Assembly: GCA_963843145.1 (NCBI GenBank)
Contig: CAWJJC010000017.1
Span: forward strand, 1 to 64,000
DNA from: an uncultured delta proteobacterium
GTDB lineage: Bacteria; Desulfobacterota; RBG-13-43-22
Reading direction: 5' to 3'
DNA: 64,000 nt
The translations under genes were made by a program, and so were the position numbers. Below, one piece after another: positions 9,457 through 19,846 of the stretch. How positions within the stretch are numbered: position 1 is the stretch's first letter; each line of letters begins with the position of its first letter. The notes under the pieces were generated by a model that worked only from the letters and a program-made list of their open reading frames with translations, did not search any database and was not told the DNA's origin.

Positions 9457-11073
9457 TCAAGGTGAAAGTTGGCGGGGACGGCGCCAGCGTTCCTTTAGTT
9501 TGTCCAGGATTTCTTTGAGTTCCCGAATCCCCAACCAGTGGACCAGCCCGAAATAGAACAACCCGGCGGCGGCGATCACTAAAGCCAGGACGGCCATCTG
9601 GCCTGCCAGGCGCGGTCTTCCCCAGAGTTTTCCCAACTCCAGATTCAGGGCATAGGCCAATCCGCCCATGGCCAGGGAAGCCCCGCTGATCTTGAACAAC
9701 GATTTAAACAAATACCGGAGGTCGAATCCCCCCACCTTACGGTAGAGAATAGTCCCCAAAAAAGCAAAATTTAAAATCATGGTGATGGAGGTGGAAAAGG
9801 CGATGGCCTTATGCTGGAACGTTTCCAGGGTCAAAGAAATAATTACGATGTTGGTGATCACGGAAATAAAGCTGGCGATGACCGGGTACTTGGTGTCCTT
9901 TAAGGCGTAAAAAATGGGGACGGTGATTTTCACCGACGAATAGGCAAAGAGCCCAATGGCGTAATAGGCCAGGGCTTCGGCAGTATGCCGGGTGTCCACT
10001 GCGGTAAAGCGGCCGTGTTCAAAAATAAGCCGGATGATGGGCTCGGCCAGGAAGGCCAAACCGAAGGAGGCCGGCACGGTCAGCAGGAAAGCCATGGTCA
10101 GGGAGGAGACGTAGGTAGCCTTCAGAGAAGTCATGTCGCCCCGGGAGGCCTGGCGAGAGACCAGGGGCAGGGTGGCGATGGAAATGGCCACCCCGAAAAC
10201 CCCGATGGGAAACTGCATCAGGCGAAAGGCGTAGTTGAGCCAGGAAACGCTGCCCTCGGCGCAGCGGGCGGCGAAATTGGTATTGATGAAAATGTTGATC
10301 TGGGTGGCGGACAGTCCGATCACCGCCGGGATCATCAAAACCATGATCCGCCGCAACCCCGGATCCCAGGGATGGAAAACGGGTCGCCATTCAAACCCGG
10401 TTTTATTTAAAGAGGGCATCTGGATAAGCAACTGGAGCAGACCCCCGATCAAGGTGCCCACGGCCATCCCGACGATACGCGGCTGGCCGAAGACCGGGGC
10501 ATACCAGGCGCAGGCCACCCCGCCGAGGATGGAGCCCAGATTGAAAAACGTGGAGGCCATGGCCGGGATGAAGAATACCCCCCGGGTGTTCAGGATGCCC
10601 ATGACCACCGCCGCGATCGAGATCAGCACCAGGAAGGGAAACATGATGTTGGCCAGCAGCCGGGTCAGGTCGATCTTGCCGGCCACCCGCCCAAAATCCG
10701 GGGCCATGATCCGAATGATATCTTCGGAGAAGAACATACCCAGGAGGGTGATCAGGGTCAAAAGCAGGGCCAGCGTGACCAGAACATTGTTGGCCAGACG
10801 CCAGGTGGCTTCCCGGCCTTTGGTCTGGCCATAATCGGTGAAGACGGTGACAAAGGCGGCCGAAAGGGCGCCCTCGGCGAATAAATCGCGCAGCAGATTG
10901 GGAATGCGAAAGGCCACCACGAAGGCGTCCATGTAATAGCCGGCCCCAAAAAGGACGGCCATGACCTGTTCGCGGACCAAGCCCAGGATCCGGCTGCAAA
11001 AAACAGCGACGCCTACCGAACCGGCGGATCTGGCTACCTGGGTGGTGGAAGAAGGCTCAGGGGGAATTTCCAT
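9457..11073 (-). CDS. murJ: Lipid II flippase MurJ
   Basis: SRILGLVRE, AFRIPNLLRDLFAEGALSAAFV, RLMQFPIGVFG. Confidence 0.97.
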   Translation of the reverse strand: MEIPPEPSSTTQVARSAGSVGVAVFCSRILGLVREQVMAVLFGAGYYMDAFVVAFRIPNLLRDLFAEGALSAAFVTVFTDYGQTKGREATWRLANNVLVTLALLLTLITLLGMFFSEDIIRIMAPDFGRVAGKIDLTRLLANIMFPFLVLISIAAVVMGILNTRGVFFIPAMASTFFNLGSILGGVACAWYAPVFGQPRIVGMAVGTLIGGLLQLLIQMPSLNKTGFEWRPVFHPWDPGLRRIMVLMIPAVIGLSATQINIFINTNFAARCAEGSVSWLNYAFRLMQFPIGVFGVAISIATLPLVSRQASRGDMTSLKATYVSSLTMAFLLTVPASFGLAFLAEPIIRLIFEHGRFTAVDTRHTAEALAYYAIGLFAYSSVKITVPIFYALKDTKYPVIASFISVITNIVIISLTLETFQHKAIAFSTSITMILNFAFLGTILYRKVGGFDLRYLFKSLFKISGASLAMGGLAYALNLELGKLWGRPRLAGQMAVLALVIAAAGLFYFGLVHWLGIRELKEILDKLKERWRRPRQLSP

Positions 11074-11590
11074 CCAGAAGACCTTGGAACAATTGGCGCG
11101 TTTTTTCCTGCAGGATCTCGGAGAGATTCAGGACCCCTTCCTGATTGAATGGCACGGAATAGGGGCCGATGACCGTATCCAAGAAGAGTGTTCCGATAAG
11201 AGTGTAGCGAAAGGCCTGCCCGGAAAGCGCCCGGTCTCCCGCCGCTTGGAGGTCCTGGTAATAAACCGTCCCCGGGACCTTCACCCGAAAGGACTTCAGC
11301 GGAGGGATTTCAAACGGCAGGTGCGATTCCCCCCCCATAAGGCGTCGGCCTTCCACCTCCAGTCGGTAGCGGTAACCGGAAACCTTGGCACTGACGTCAT
11401 TCGGGTTGAAAACCTTTAGCGTCCCTTCCAGATCAAAGGCGTCCTGGTAGGTTCGGGAGACCTGGAGGTTTTCTAATTCAATCTGGGGATCCTGGAAGGA
11501 TTTGCCGCTGGAGCAGGACAGCAAAAGGAAAATCGCGGAAACCAGAGGAATAACTAAAACTTTCATTGGCCGGGTAACGGGTCGCCGCAT
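11057..11590 (-). CDS. LEA type 2 (WHy domain) lipoprotein
   Basis: Lipobox LLSC; LKVFNPND...YRLEVEG. Confidence 0.75.
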   Translation of the reverse strand: MRRPVTRPMKVLVIPLVSAIFLLLSCSSGKSFQDPQIELENLQVSRTYQDAFDLEGTLKVFNPNDVSAKVSGYRYRLEVEGRRLMGGESHLPFEIPPLKSFRVKVPGTVYYQDLQAAGDRALSGQAFRYTLIGTLFLDTVIGPYSVPFNQEGVLNLSEILQEKTRQLFQGLLDGNSP

Positions 11591-11600
11591 AATGATCGCA

Positions 11601-11626
11601 TGGTCGGGTCGAGAGGGTTGGACTCC
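11601..11626 (-). repeat. Degenerate copy of the tRNA-Pro 3' end (att-like relic)
   Basis: TGGTCGGGTCGAGAGGGTTGGA vs TGGTCGGGGCGAGAGGATTTGA at 13748; 19/22 identical. Confidence 0.65.
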
Positions 11627-11819
11627 CGTAATCTCAGAGGAGTTCTTTATCTCCTTTAATCAATTTTTTCAATAAATTCAAGCTAAATAAAAAAATGCTA
11701 CACAAGGTATCCCCGCCTGTGCTAACAATGGTAAAAACCAATTGTTCAGGGAAGCGCCCACATCCTCATGATCCTTGGAACAAAGCAAAATTTATTCATT
11801 AATAGAAGGAGGTCCAATT

Positions 11820-12905
11820 ATGGGAAAGAGAGTTTTTAACTTCAATGCCGGCCCCGCCGCCTTACCGCTGCCCGTTTTAGAGGAAATTCAGGCGGAGTTT
11901 TTAGACTATAAGGGCACGGGGATGTCGATTACTGAAATCAGCCATCGTTCCAAACCCTTCGATGCGGTGATCAACGAGGCGGTGACCAGGACCAAACGGC
12001 TCCTTAATCTGGGGGACGACTACCAGGTCCTCTTTCTTCAGGGGGGAGCCAGCATGCAGTTTTGCATGATCCCCATGAACCTGGCCCTGCCGGGCAAGCC
12101 GCTGGACTACATCAATACGGGAACCTGGTCCACCAAGGCCATCAAGGAAGCCAAGATTCAGGGGCAGGATGTCCGGGTCATTGCCTCATCGGAGGACAAG
12201 AATTTTTCTTATATCCCCAAGGAATATACAGTCGATCCAGAGGCCGCCTATCTTCATTTGACCTCCAATAATACCATCAAAGGCACCCAGTGGGCCGAAT
12301 TCCCGAAGGCAGGAAAGGTGCCCTTGGTCTGCGACATGTCTTCGGATATCATGAGCCGGTCTTTTGATGCGGCTCCCTTCGGGTTGATCTATGCCGGCGC
12401 CCAGAAGAATATCGGACCGGCCGGGACGGCCCTGGTCATTATCCGCCAGGATATGCTGGACCGGACTCCGGATAATCTGCCCACCATGCTGAAGTACACC
12501 ACCTTTGCCAAAGACAACTCCATGTTCAACACGCCGTCCTGCTTTACTATTTACACCATCAACCTGGTGTTGAAATGGCTGGAGGAGACCATCGGCGGAT
12601 TGAAGGCCATGGAAACGATCAACCAGGAAAAGGGGGCGCTGCTATATAACTATATCGACCAATCCGGCTATTATCGGGCAACGGCGGAGAAGGACAGCCG
12701 CTCCCTGATGAACGTCACCTTTCGGCTGCCTAGTGAAGAACTGGAGGCCAAGTTCATTGCCGAAGCCCTAAAGAACGATCTGGCCGGACTCAAGGGGCAC
12801 CGTTCCGTGGGCGGCTGCCGGGCCTCCATCTACAATGCCACCACCAAAAAAGGCGTGCAGACCCTGGTGGAATTTATGACGTCCTTTGCCAAGGCCAACG
12901 GCTAA
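11820..12905 (+). CDS. serC: Phosphoserine aminotransferase
   Basis: FNFNAGPAALP, FLQGGAS, YAGAQKNIGPAG, GHRSVGGCRASIYNA. Confidence 0.97.
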   Translation: MGKRVFNFNAGPAALPLPVLEEIQAEFLDYKGTGMSITEISHRSKPFDAVINEAVTRTKRLLNLGDDYQVLFLQGGASMQFCMIPMNLALPGKPLDYINTGTWSTKAIKEAKIQGQDVRVIASSEDKNFSYIPKEYTVDPEAAYLHLTSNNTIKGTQWAEFPKAGKVPLVCDMSSDIMSRSFDAAPFGLIYAGAQKNIGPAGTALVIIRQDMLDRTPDNLPTMLKYTTFAKDNSMFNTPSCFTIYTINLVLKWLEETIGGLKAMETINQEKGALLYNYIDQSGYYRATAEKDSRSLMNVTFRLPSEELEAKFIAEALKNDLAGLKGHRSVGGCRASIYNATTKKGVQTLVEFMTSFAKANG

Positions 12906-12966
12906 TGTTGCGGAATTGACGCGCTATGAGGCTGGTACCATCTTGAGACCATTTACAGATAGACCG

Positions 12967-13002
12967 AGAAGCCCCCTGCACCTTTTGGTATAGGGGGCTT
13001 CT
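12967..13002. terminator. Hairpin downstream of serC
   Basis: AGAAGCCCCCT...AGGGGGCTTCT, between convergent genes. Confidence 0.55.
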
Positions 13003-13109
13003 TGCTTGGATGGTCAGGTAGTCTATGATTTGGGCCGTGCTTCGGACAACGGACATAGGGCGGATCAAGCGAAACGGATCCGCTCTATTTTTTTATACCC
13101 GGCAATATT

Positions 13110-13505
13110 TTATTTGGGCTGCAGGTACGCCAGCCAGGGTGACCAATAGTACTTCTCCCAGCCCTGGCTGACCCCGGCGAAGTCGTTGTCGGCCACATTC
13201 ACCTGAACCAACTCGATCCGGGCACCCTCCCCTTCCGGCCAGAAAGTCAGTATCAGCGTAGAGTCCAATTCCTCCAGCTTCCAGTGGGCCGCCCGCCAGG
13301 ACTGGACGATCAGCCGTTTCGGAACCACCTGCCATATTTTTCCTGAAATCAGGCCGTCGAAGGCCTGGAAAGCCGCGCCGGCTTGAGGGGCGATTTCTAC
13401 CGGGCCCCCCGTGAAAGCCGCGTGCGCAGCCGGATCCAGATACATGTCAAACAACCGATCCGGCGATACCGGAAAAAAAGCGGCCTGCTGGATTACACGC
13501 GGCAT
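13110..13505 (-). CDS. SRPBCC/AHSA1-like domain protein
   Basis: AFTGGPVEI...RLIVQSWR...GWEKYYWSPW. Confidence 0.85.
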   Translation of the reverse strand: MPRVIQQAAFFPVSPDRLFDMYLDPAAHAAFTGGPVEIAPQAGAAFQAFDGLISGKIWQVVPKRLIVQSWRAAHWKLEELDSTLILTFWPEGEGARIELVQVNVADNDFAGVSQGWEKYYWSPWLAYLQPK

Positions 13506-13747
13506 GTCCTGATTCTCCTTCTCAACTGAATAACCCACATCTTCTATTTCCTAGGCCGTGGTTCGGACAACAAGGCGATCGTCCCCAAGGCCGTGGCGCA
13601 CAGGGTCTCACCTTCTTCGGTAACAATCCAGATATCGCATCGGCATACGGCCTGGCGGGCGCCGGGGGCTACGACCGTGGCTCGGGCGACCAGCCGGCCT
13701 TCGCGGGCCGGTTTGAGGTAGTTGATTTTGTACTCCGCTGGAATAAG

Positions 13748-13825
<78 letters not shown>

Positions 13826-13879
13826 ACTTTTAAGTTCATACCACAATTCGGGCGGTTAAGCAAGGAAAGGTGGGGAAGA

Positions 13880-14112
13880 GAAAGGAGAGGGAAGCGGGAA
13901 GATGGAAGATGGAAGAAAAAGCCAAGGGCGTTGAGGAGGGACGGAGTAAAAGGGCAGGTAATCGGAATCTTAGAGGATTCCATCGGGCACTCATCCCATC
14001 GGCTGATCCGTCTTAACGGCTGGCATTAAAGGTGGGTACTGCCTCCATCCCTCAATCGCCTTTTTGTTTTTCACTTCCATCTTCCCTCTTCTATCTTCCA
14101 TCTTTTCTTTCC
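13880..14112. repeat. Inverted pair of 7-bp-period (GGAAGAT/ATCTTCC) arrays
   Basis: GGAAGATGGAAGATGGAAG near 13900; CTTCCATCTTCC...ATCTTCCATCTT near 14075-14105. Confidence 0.6.
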
Positions 14113-14120
14113 CCTGGTCG

Positions 14121-14726
14121 CTAGGCATCGGCTGATTTCAGGATCGCCCATAAATGGAGACGAATCTTCTGCAGGGCCTGGGCGCGGTGGCTGATCCGGT
14201 TCTTTTCCTCCAGGGAGATTTCGGCCATGGTTTTATTGAATTCCGGCAGGTAAAAAACGGGGTCGTATCCGAAGCCATGTTCTCCGCGCGGTCCGGGGGC
14301 AATAATCCCCGGGCAAAAACCCTCGGTCTGAATCCATTTACCCTCCGGCAAATAGAGGACCATCTGGCAGACAAAGCGGGCGGTCCGTCTCTCCTCGGGA
14401 ATCCCTTCCAGCAAAGACAACAATTTTCGATTATTGGCTTCGTCAGTAGCCTCTGCCCCCGAAAAGCGGGCCGAATAAATGCCCGGGGCGCCGTTCAAGC
14501 AGTCCACTTCCAGTCCGGAATCATCGGCCAGGGCCGGGCAGCCGGTGGCCCGGGCGCAGGCTTGAGCTTTTTTGAAGGCATTTTCCAGGAAGGATTGGCC
14601 GTCTTCCACAACCTCGGGGAGGTCCGGGAAATCCTGAAGGGATCGAATCTTCAGACGAGGCAAATCCAGCGACTTTTCAATCTCCCGGATCTTGCCCTGG
14701 TTTTGAGTGGCCAGGACCAAATTCAT
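14121..14726 (-). CDS. rdgB: XTP/dITP diphosphatase
   Basis: [24 protein letters not shown]. Confidence 0.95.
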   Translation of the reverse strand: MNLVLATQNQGKIREIEKSLDLPRLKIRSLQDFPDLPEVVEDGQSFLENAFKKAQACARATGCPALADDSGLEVDCLNGAPGIYSARFSGAEATDEANNRKLLSLLEGIPEERRTARFVCQMVLYLPEGKWIQTEGFCPGIIAPGPRGEHGFGYDPVFYLPEFNKTMAEISLEEKNRISHRAQALQKIRLHLWAILKSADA

Positions 14727-15439
14727 TTGGTCAGGACCTGGTGCTGAAATGCCGTTAACCGATCAATCCCCTGAACGGCCAATTGGGTCATTTGGTCAAA
14801 GGATTCACGTGAAAAGGGGCGGCCTTCGGCCGTACCCTGGATCTCGATGAAACTCCCGTGCCCGGTCATTACGAAATTGCAGTCCACTTCGGCGGAGGAG
14901 TCTTCCCGGTAGTTGAGGTCCAGGCAAATCTCCCCGTTGACCAGACCCACACTGATGGCCGCCACCGAATCCTGGATCGGGTCCCGGGGGATCGAGATTT
15001 CTTTTCGTAAAAACTCAACGGCATCCACCAGGGCCACGTAGGCCCCGGTGATGGAGGCCGTCCGAGTCCCGCCGTCGGCCTGGATGACGTCGCAATCCAC
15101 CCAGAAGGTCCTTTCTCCCAGGAGGGACATATCCACCACGGCCCGCAGGGACCGGCCGATCAGGCGCTGGATTTCATGGGTTCGGCCGCCGATTCGGCCT
15201 TGGGTGGATTCCCGGGTGGTCCGGGTCTTGGTGGACCGGGGGAGCATGGCATATTCCGCCGTAACCCAGCCCCGGCCGGAGTGCCTGAGGAAAGGAGGGA
15301 CCTTTTCCTCGATGGAAACGGTGCAGATGACCTTGGTCTCGCCTAATTCGATCAGCACCGAGCCTTCGGCCTGTTTGATATAATTGCGGATAATTCGAAC
15401 TTGTCTTAATTCGTGGGGTTTTCGCCCGTCATTGCGCAT
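14723..15439 (-). CDS. rph: Ribonuclease PH
   Basis: [34 protein letters not shown]. Confidence 0.97.
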   Translation of the reverse strand: MRNDGRKPHELRQVRIIRNYIKQAEGSVLIELGETKVICTVSIEEKVPPFLRHSGRGWVTAEYAMLPRSTKTRTTRESTQGRIGGRTHEIQRLIGRSLRAVVDMSLLGERTFWVDCDVIQADGGTRTASITGAYVALVDAVEFLRKEISIPRDPIQDSVAAISVGLVNGEICLDLNYREDSSAEVDCNFVMTGHGSFIEIQGTAEGRPFSRESFDQMTQLAVQGIDRLTAFQHQVLTK

Positions 15440-15506
15440 GAATTCACTCCTTGGAAATTTGAAAAGGGTCAGCTAACCATGGAGTGAAGCCCCTGTCAAG
15501 CCTTTT

Positions 15507-16064
15507 TCATTCCCATATTGGTTTACGGATGGAATTCTTGTTTTTGTGGTTTTTTTCGGGGACCGGGGCGCCGTTTTTTGTTATATACCCATATTTTTCC
15601 TTGAGACGCTGGTTGACGATCTCCGGGACCAGTCCGTCGACCTTACCGTTCAAGGCGGCGGCCTCCTTGATGATGGTGGAACTGATGTAAAACCACTTGT
15701 AATCGGTCATCAGAAACACGGTCTCGATCTTCTGGTTTAGTTTCCGGTTCATCAAGGCCATCTGGAACTCGTATTCAAAATCCGACAAGGCCCTGAGTCC
15801 CCGCAGAATCAGGTTGCTCTCTTGTCCGGCCACATAGTCCACCAGCAGTCCCTGGAAATGGTCTACCTGGACCCGGGGGTAGTCTTTCAGGACCAGCCCC
15901 AGCATATCCAACCGCTCTTCCAGGGTGAAGAGCGGCTTTTTTTCCGGGTTGATGGCAATGGCTACAATGATCTTGTCAAAAATCTGCAAGCCGCGCCGCA
16001 GCAGGCTTAAATGCCCGTTGGTGATGGGATCGAAAGAACCGGGGTATATAGCGCAACGGATCAT
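15507..16064 (-). CDS. coaD: Phosphopantetheine adenylyltransferase
   Basis: YPGSFDPITNGH, RGLRALSDFEYE, ISSTIIKE. Confidence 0.97.
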   Translation of the reverse strand: MIRCAIYPGSFDPITNGHLSLLRRGLQIFDKIIVAIAINPEKKPLFTLEERLDMLGLVLKDYPRVQVDHFQGLLVDYVAGQESNLILRGLRALSDFEYEFQMALMNRKLNQKIETVFLMTDYKWFYISSTIIKEAAALNGKVDGLVPEIVNQRLKEKYGYITKNGAPVPEKNHKNKNSIRKPIWE

Positions 16065-16088
16065 GAGGAGTCATCCTTTATCGCGTAT

Positions 16089-16640
16089 TTATTTTAGTCT
16101 ATAAAAAGAAATCAGGGTTTGGCCGTAACGGCGCTGATCGGCCAACAGCCCACCGGGCACCCCTTCGGGCATGGCTTCCTTTTGATCGTGCTCCAGAACC
16201 AGGAGGCCCTCAGCGGTCAACAGGGAGGCGGTCAGCACTCCTTCTACGATCCGCTGTCCCCAGCCCCGGAGGTAAGGCGGATCCACCAGGATCAGGTCAA
16301 AGGGGGCGCCCATCTTTTCTAGAAAACCTACTCCACGAGATAGATCCCTTACCGCCACCTGGGAGGCGGCTTCGAACTTCAAACGCCGGATATTTTCCCC
16401 CAAGTTTTCAATGACCCTCCGGTCCGAGTCCACGAAGAGGACCCGCCCCGACCAGCGACTAAGGGCCTCCAAGCCCATGGCCCCGGTGCCGGCAAAGAGA
16501 TCGGCGATATTGGTGAATATCCCCTGCTGCTCTAAAATGTTGAAAATCGCCTCACGGACCCGATCCTGGGTCGGTCGGGTCCGAAGGCCTTTCAGCGCGG
16601 TGAGGCGCTGCCCTTTTCTGCTGCCGGCAATAATGCGCAT
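16089..16640 (-). CDS. rsmD: 16S rRNA m2G966 methyltransferase
   Basis: MRIIAG, RPTQDRVRE, DLFAGTG, DPPY. Confidence 0.95.
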   Translation of the reverse strand: MRIIAGSRKGQRLTALKGLRTRPTQDRVREAIFNILEQQGIFTNIADLFAGTGAMGLEALSRWSGRVLFVDSDRRVIENLGENIRRLKFEAASQVAVRDLSRGVGFLEKMGAPFDLILVDPPYLRGWGQRIVEGVLTASLLTAEGLLVLEHDQKEAMPEGVPGGLLADQRRYGQTLISFYRLK

Positions 16641-16690
16641 ATAAATTATTTGCGCCGACCCGCTCGGGTCGATGGGGTCGGCGCAAAAAT

Positions 16691-17701
16691 CTATTTATTC
16701 TTGACGACTATTTCGGCGATCTGGACCGCGTTGGTGGCGGCCCCTTTGCGGATGTTGTCCGACACCACCCAGAGAACTATCCCCTTCTCGGTGGAAATAT
16801 CCTCCCGGATCCGCCCGACGAAGACCTCATCCCGCCCGGCGGCCAAGATGGGCAAGGGATATTTTTTGACCGCCACATCATCCACGACCACTACCCCCGG
16901 GGCCTCTCTCAAAAGGTCTCGCACTTCGCTCGGGGTAATCTTCTCCTCGGTCTCCAGATGGACCGCTTCCGAATGACCGTAATAGACCGGGACCCGCACC
17001 GCGGTGGCCGCCACCCGGATGGAATCATCCTCCAAAATCTTCCGGGTTTCATGGACCATTTTCATCTCTTCCTTGGTATAGTCGTTTTCCAGGAAGACGT
17101 CGATCTGGGGCAGACAGTTATAGGCGATCTGGTATGGGTAGACCTTGATTTCCGGCGCCTTGCCGTCCAAGAGGTCCTTAATCTGATTCTGCAATTCGAA
17201 AACAGCCTTCTGCCCCGTGCCGGACACCGCCTGATAGGTGGACACCACGATCCGTCGGATCCGGGACCGGTCGTGGATCGGCTTCAGGGCTACAACCATC
17301 TGGATGGTGGAACAATTCGGGTTGGCGATAACGCCCGGGGTACTGACGATCCGGTGGGGATTTACCTCCGGGACCACCAGGGGGACCAAGGGATCCATCC
17401 GATAGGCGCTGGAATTATCCACTACCACACAGCCGGCCTTGACCGCTGCCGGGGCAAACTTCAGGCTGGTGGAGGCCCCGGCCGAAAACAGGGCGATGTC
17501 CACTCCCTCGAAGGACTGCTCGGTCAATTCCTCCACCACCAGCGGAGCGCCCTTGAAAGAAAGGGATTTGCCCGCCGATCGAACGGAGGCCAAAAGTTTT
17601 AACTGCCTGATCGGGAAATTACGCTCCTCCAGGCAGCGGATCATCTGATTTCCTACCGCGCCGGTAGCCCCGGCCACGGCCACGTTCCATAAACGGCTCA
17701 T
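16691..17701 (-). CDS. asd: Aspartate-semialdehyde dehydrogenase
   Basis: GATGAVG, NPNCST, QAVSGTG, DNIRKGAATNAVQIAE. Confidence 0.97.
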   Translation of the reverse strand: MSRLWNVAVAGATGAVGNQMIRCLEERNFPIRQLKLLASVRSAGKSLSFKGAPLVVEELTEQSFEGVDIALFSAGASTSLKFAPAAVKAGCVVVDNSSAYRMDPLVPLVVPEVNPHRIVSTPGVIANPNCSTIQMVVALKPIHDRSRIRRIVVSTYQAVSGTGQKAVFELQNQIKDLLDGKAPEIKVYPYQIAYNCLPQIDVFLENDYTKEEMKMVHETRKILEDDSIRVAATAVRVPVYYGHSEAVHLETEEKITPSEVRDLLREAPGVVVVDDVAVKKYPLPILAAGRDEVFVGRIREDISTEKGIVLWVVSDNIRKGAATNAVQIAEIVVKNK

Positions 17702-17726
17702 AAAGGCACCTCGAACTTTAAATTTC

Positions 17727-17811
17727 TAATTGATTATTGATTATTGGCCCAGGACGAGAATCTTCAGCCTTAATTCAATAATTAATAATCAATTGTTAAT
17801 CGTTAATTGTT
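17727..17811. repeat. AT-rich 7-bp-period inverted repeat (ATTGATT/AATCAAT)
   Basis: AATTGATTATTGATTATT...AATAATTAATAATCAATT. Confidence 0.55.
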
Positions 17812-17842
17812 GATGACGAAGGCAATCGAATTTCTTTTCTGA

Positions 17843-18904
17843 CTAAAGATATCCCACCACCAAATCCCCCACTTCCTGGGTGGTGTAACCCATTTTTCCG
17901 GCGGTCAGATCCTTGACCTTTTCCAGAACCACCCGGCGGATAGCCTGTTCGATCTTTTGCGCCGGTTTCTCCAGGCCCAGTTGCTCCAGCATCATCTGGG
18001 CCGCTCCGATGGCGGCCAGGGGATTGATTATGTTTTTCCCGGTATACTTGGGGGCCGACCCGCCGATGGGCTCAAACATGGATACCGCCCGAGGGTTGAT
18101 ATTCCCTCCCGAGGCAATGCCCATGCCGCCCTGGATCATGGCCCCCAGGTCGGTGATGATATCTCCGAAAAGGTTGTCGGTGACGATGACGTCGAACCAT
18201 TCCGGATTTTTCACCATCCACATGCAGACCGCATCCACATGGGCGTAGTCGGCGGTCAGGTCCGGATACTCTCCGGCCAGCTCAGTAAAAACCCGGTTCC
18301 ATAATTCCGAGGCATAGTTCAGGACATTGGTCTTGGCGCAAAGGGTCAATTTCTTTTTCTTGTTTCTTTTTCGGCAAAAGTCAAAGGCGTAGCGAAGGCA
18401 GCGCTCCACGCCTTTCCGGGTATTGACCGATTCCTGGATGGCCACCTCATCCGGCGTACCTTTTTTAAAAAAACCTCCGACGCCGGCGTAAAGCCCCTCC
18501 GTATTTTCCCGGATAACCACGAAATCGATATCCTCCGGTCTTTTGTTTTTCAACGGGGTTTCCACCCCGGGATAAAGGATCACGGGCCGGAGGTTTATGT
18601 ACTGATCCAGTTCGAAGCGCAACTTGAGCAGCAGCCCCTGTTCCAGAATGCCGGGTTTCACCTCCGGGTGGCCGATGGCTCCCAGATAGATGGCATCCGC
18701 CTGCCGAAGTTCCCGGAGTACCGAATCCGGGAGGATCTCTCCGGTTTTCAGGTAGCGGTCCCCGCCCAGGTCGTACGGAATAAAATTAAAGGAAAGCTTT
18801 TCTAATCCGGCCAGGGTCCGCAGGACCTTCAACCCTTCGGCTACTACCTCCGGTCCTGTGCCGTCGCCGGGCAACACCGCAATCTGATAGGTTCGTGAAT
18901 TCAT
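17843..18904 (-). CDS. leuB: 3-isopropylmalate dehydrogenase
   Basis: LPGDGTGPEV, RENTEGLY, NLFGDIITD, FEPIGGSAP. Confidence 0.93.
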   Translation of the reverse strand: MNSRTYQIAVLPGDGTGPEVVAEGLKVLRTLAGLEKLSFNFIPYDLGGDRYLKTGEILPDSVLRELRQADAIYLGAIGHPEVKPGILEQGLLLKLRFELDQYINLRPVILYPGVETPLKNKRPEDIDFVVIRENTEGLYAGVGGFFKKGTPDEVAIQESVNTRKGVERCLRYAFDFCRKRNKKKKLTLCAKTNVLNYASELWNRVFTELAGEYPDLTADYAHVDAVCMWMVKNPEWFDVIVTDNLFGDIITDLGAMIQGGMGIASGGNINPRAVSMFEPIGGSAPKYTGKNIINPLAAIGAAQMMLEQLGLEKPAQKIEQAIRRVVLEKVKDLTAGKMGYTTQEVGDLVVGYL

Positions 18905-19005
18905 ATAAGGCTCTTTTCTTACTCATCTACCTCCGGCCAAGACGGAGGCTTGAAATTTACCGCCCCTCAAAGGGGCCTGGCCCGAAACGCATACTTTCAG
19001 GAAGG

Positions 19006-19044
19006 GATCGCTTCTCTCGGATCAAGTCCGGGGTCGCCATGACG
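19006..19044. repeat. Half of a short palindromic intergenic element
   Basis: GATCGCTTC...CGGATCAAGTCCG...TCGCCATGAC, resembling REP-like elements ending in CATGAC/AATGAC. Confidence 0.45.
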
Positions 19045-19073
19045 GCTTTTTGATTTTTTCGGGTCCTTTTCTC

Positions 19074-19595
19074 TCAGCGTTTAGCGCTCGGCCCTCCGCG
19101 CTCCCCGCCTTGCCCCTTTTTGATATGCCGGATCAATCCCCCATCACGAACCAATTCCTGCATGAAGGGCGGGATGGGCTGGGCCTGAAATTTCTCTCCG
19201 CTGGTCCGATCTTCGATCATCCCGGTATCGGTATTGACCACCAGTGAATCCCCGGGATTTATCGCCTCGGAAGCTTTCGGGCTTTCCAGGATGGGCAACC
19301 CCATGTTGAAGGCGTTGCGATAGAAAATCCGGGCAAAACTTTTCGCGATGACGCAGGAGAGGCCGGCGGCCTTGAGGGCAATAGGGGCGTGCTCCCGGGA
19401 GGATCCGCTCCCGAAATTTTTCCCGGCCACGAGGATATCGCCCTTTTTTATTTTCCGGACGAATTGAGGATCGGCGTCTTCCAGACAATGTTTACCCAAT
19501 TCCTGGGGGTCGGAAGACGTTAAATACCGGGCCGGGATGATCACATCCGTATCCACATGATCCCCGAATTTCCAGGCCTGCCCTTTATAAATCAT
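19074..19595 (-). CDS. leuD: 3-isopropylmalate dehydratase small subunit
   Basis: [28 protein letters not shown]. Confidence 0.95.
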   Translation of the reverse strand: MIYKGQAWKFGDHVDTDVIIPARYLTSSDPQELGKHCLEDADPQFVRKIKKGDILVAGKNFGSGSSREHAPIALKAAGLSCVIAKSFARIFYRNAFNMGLPILESPKASEAINPGDSLVVNTDTGMIEDRTSGEKFQAQPIPPFMQELVRDGGLIRHIKKGQGGERGGPSAKR

Positions 19596-19671
19596 AGATT
19601 ATCCTTTGGCAATACTATGGTTGTTTATTACGATGGTAAAATCGAACACCGTGTATGGCTTTTGTTTTTGC

Positions 19672-19750
19672 CGTCATGCCGGGCACGATCCGGCATCCAG
19701 GAAACTTGAAGCTTAAAAAGCCCTGGATTCCGACTTTCGTCGGAATGACG
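19672..19750. repeat. REP-like composite palindromic element
   Basis: CGTCATGCCGG-GCACGAT-CCGGCATCCAG...CTGGATTCCGAC-TTTC-GTCGGAATGACG. Confidence 0.7.
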
Positions 19751-19846
19751 ACGGGGATACCTTTTCCCCTTAAGTTGCCCCATATATCCCCACTCCCCTT
19801 GCGCAGAAGAGAACAGGGGCCTTAAGGGGGACTGAATGGAAAAGGC

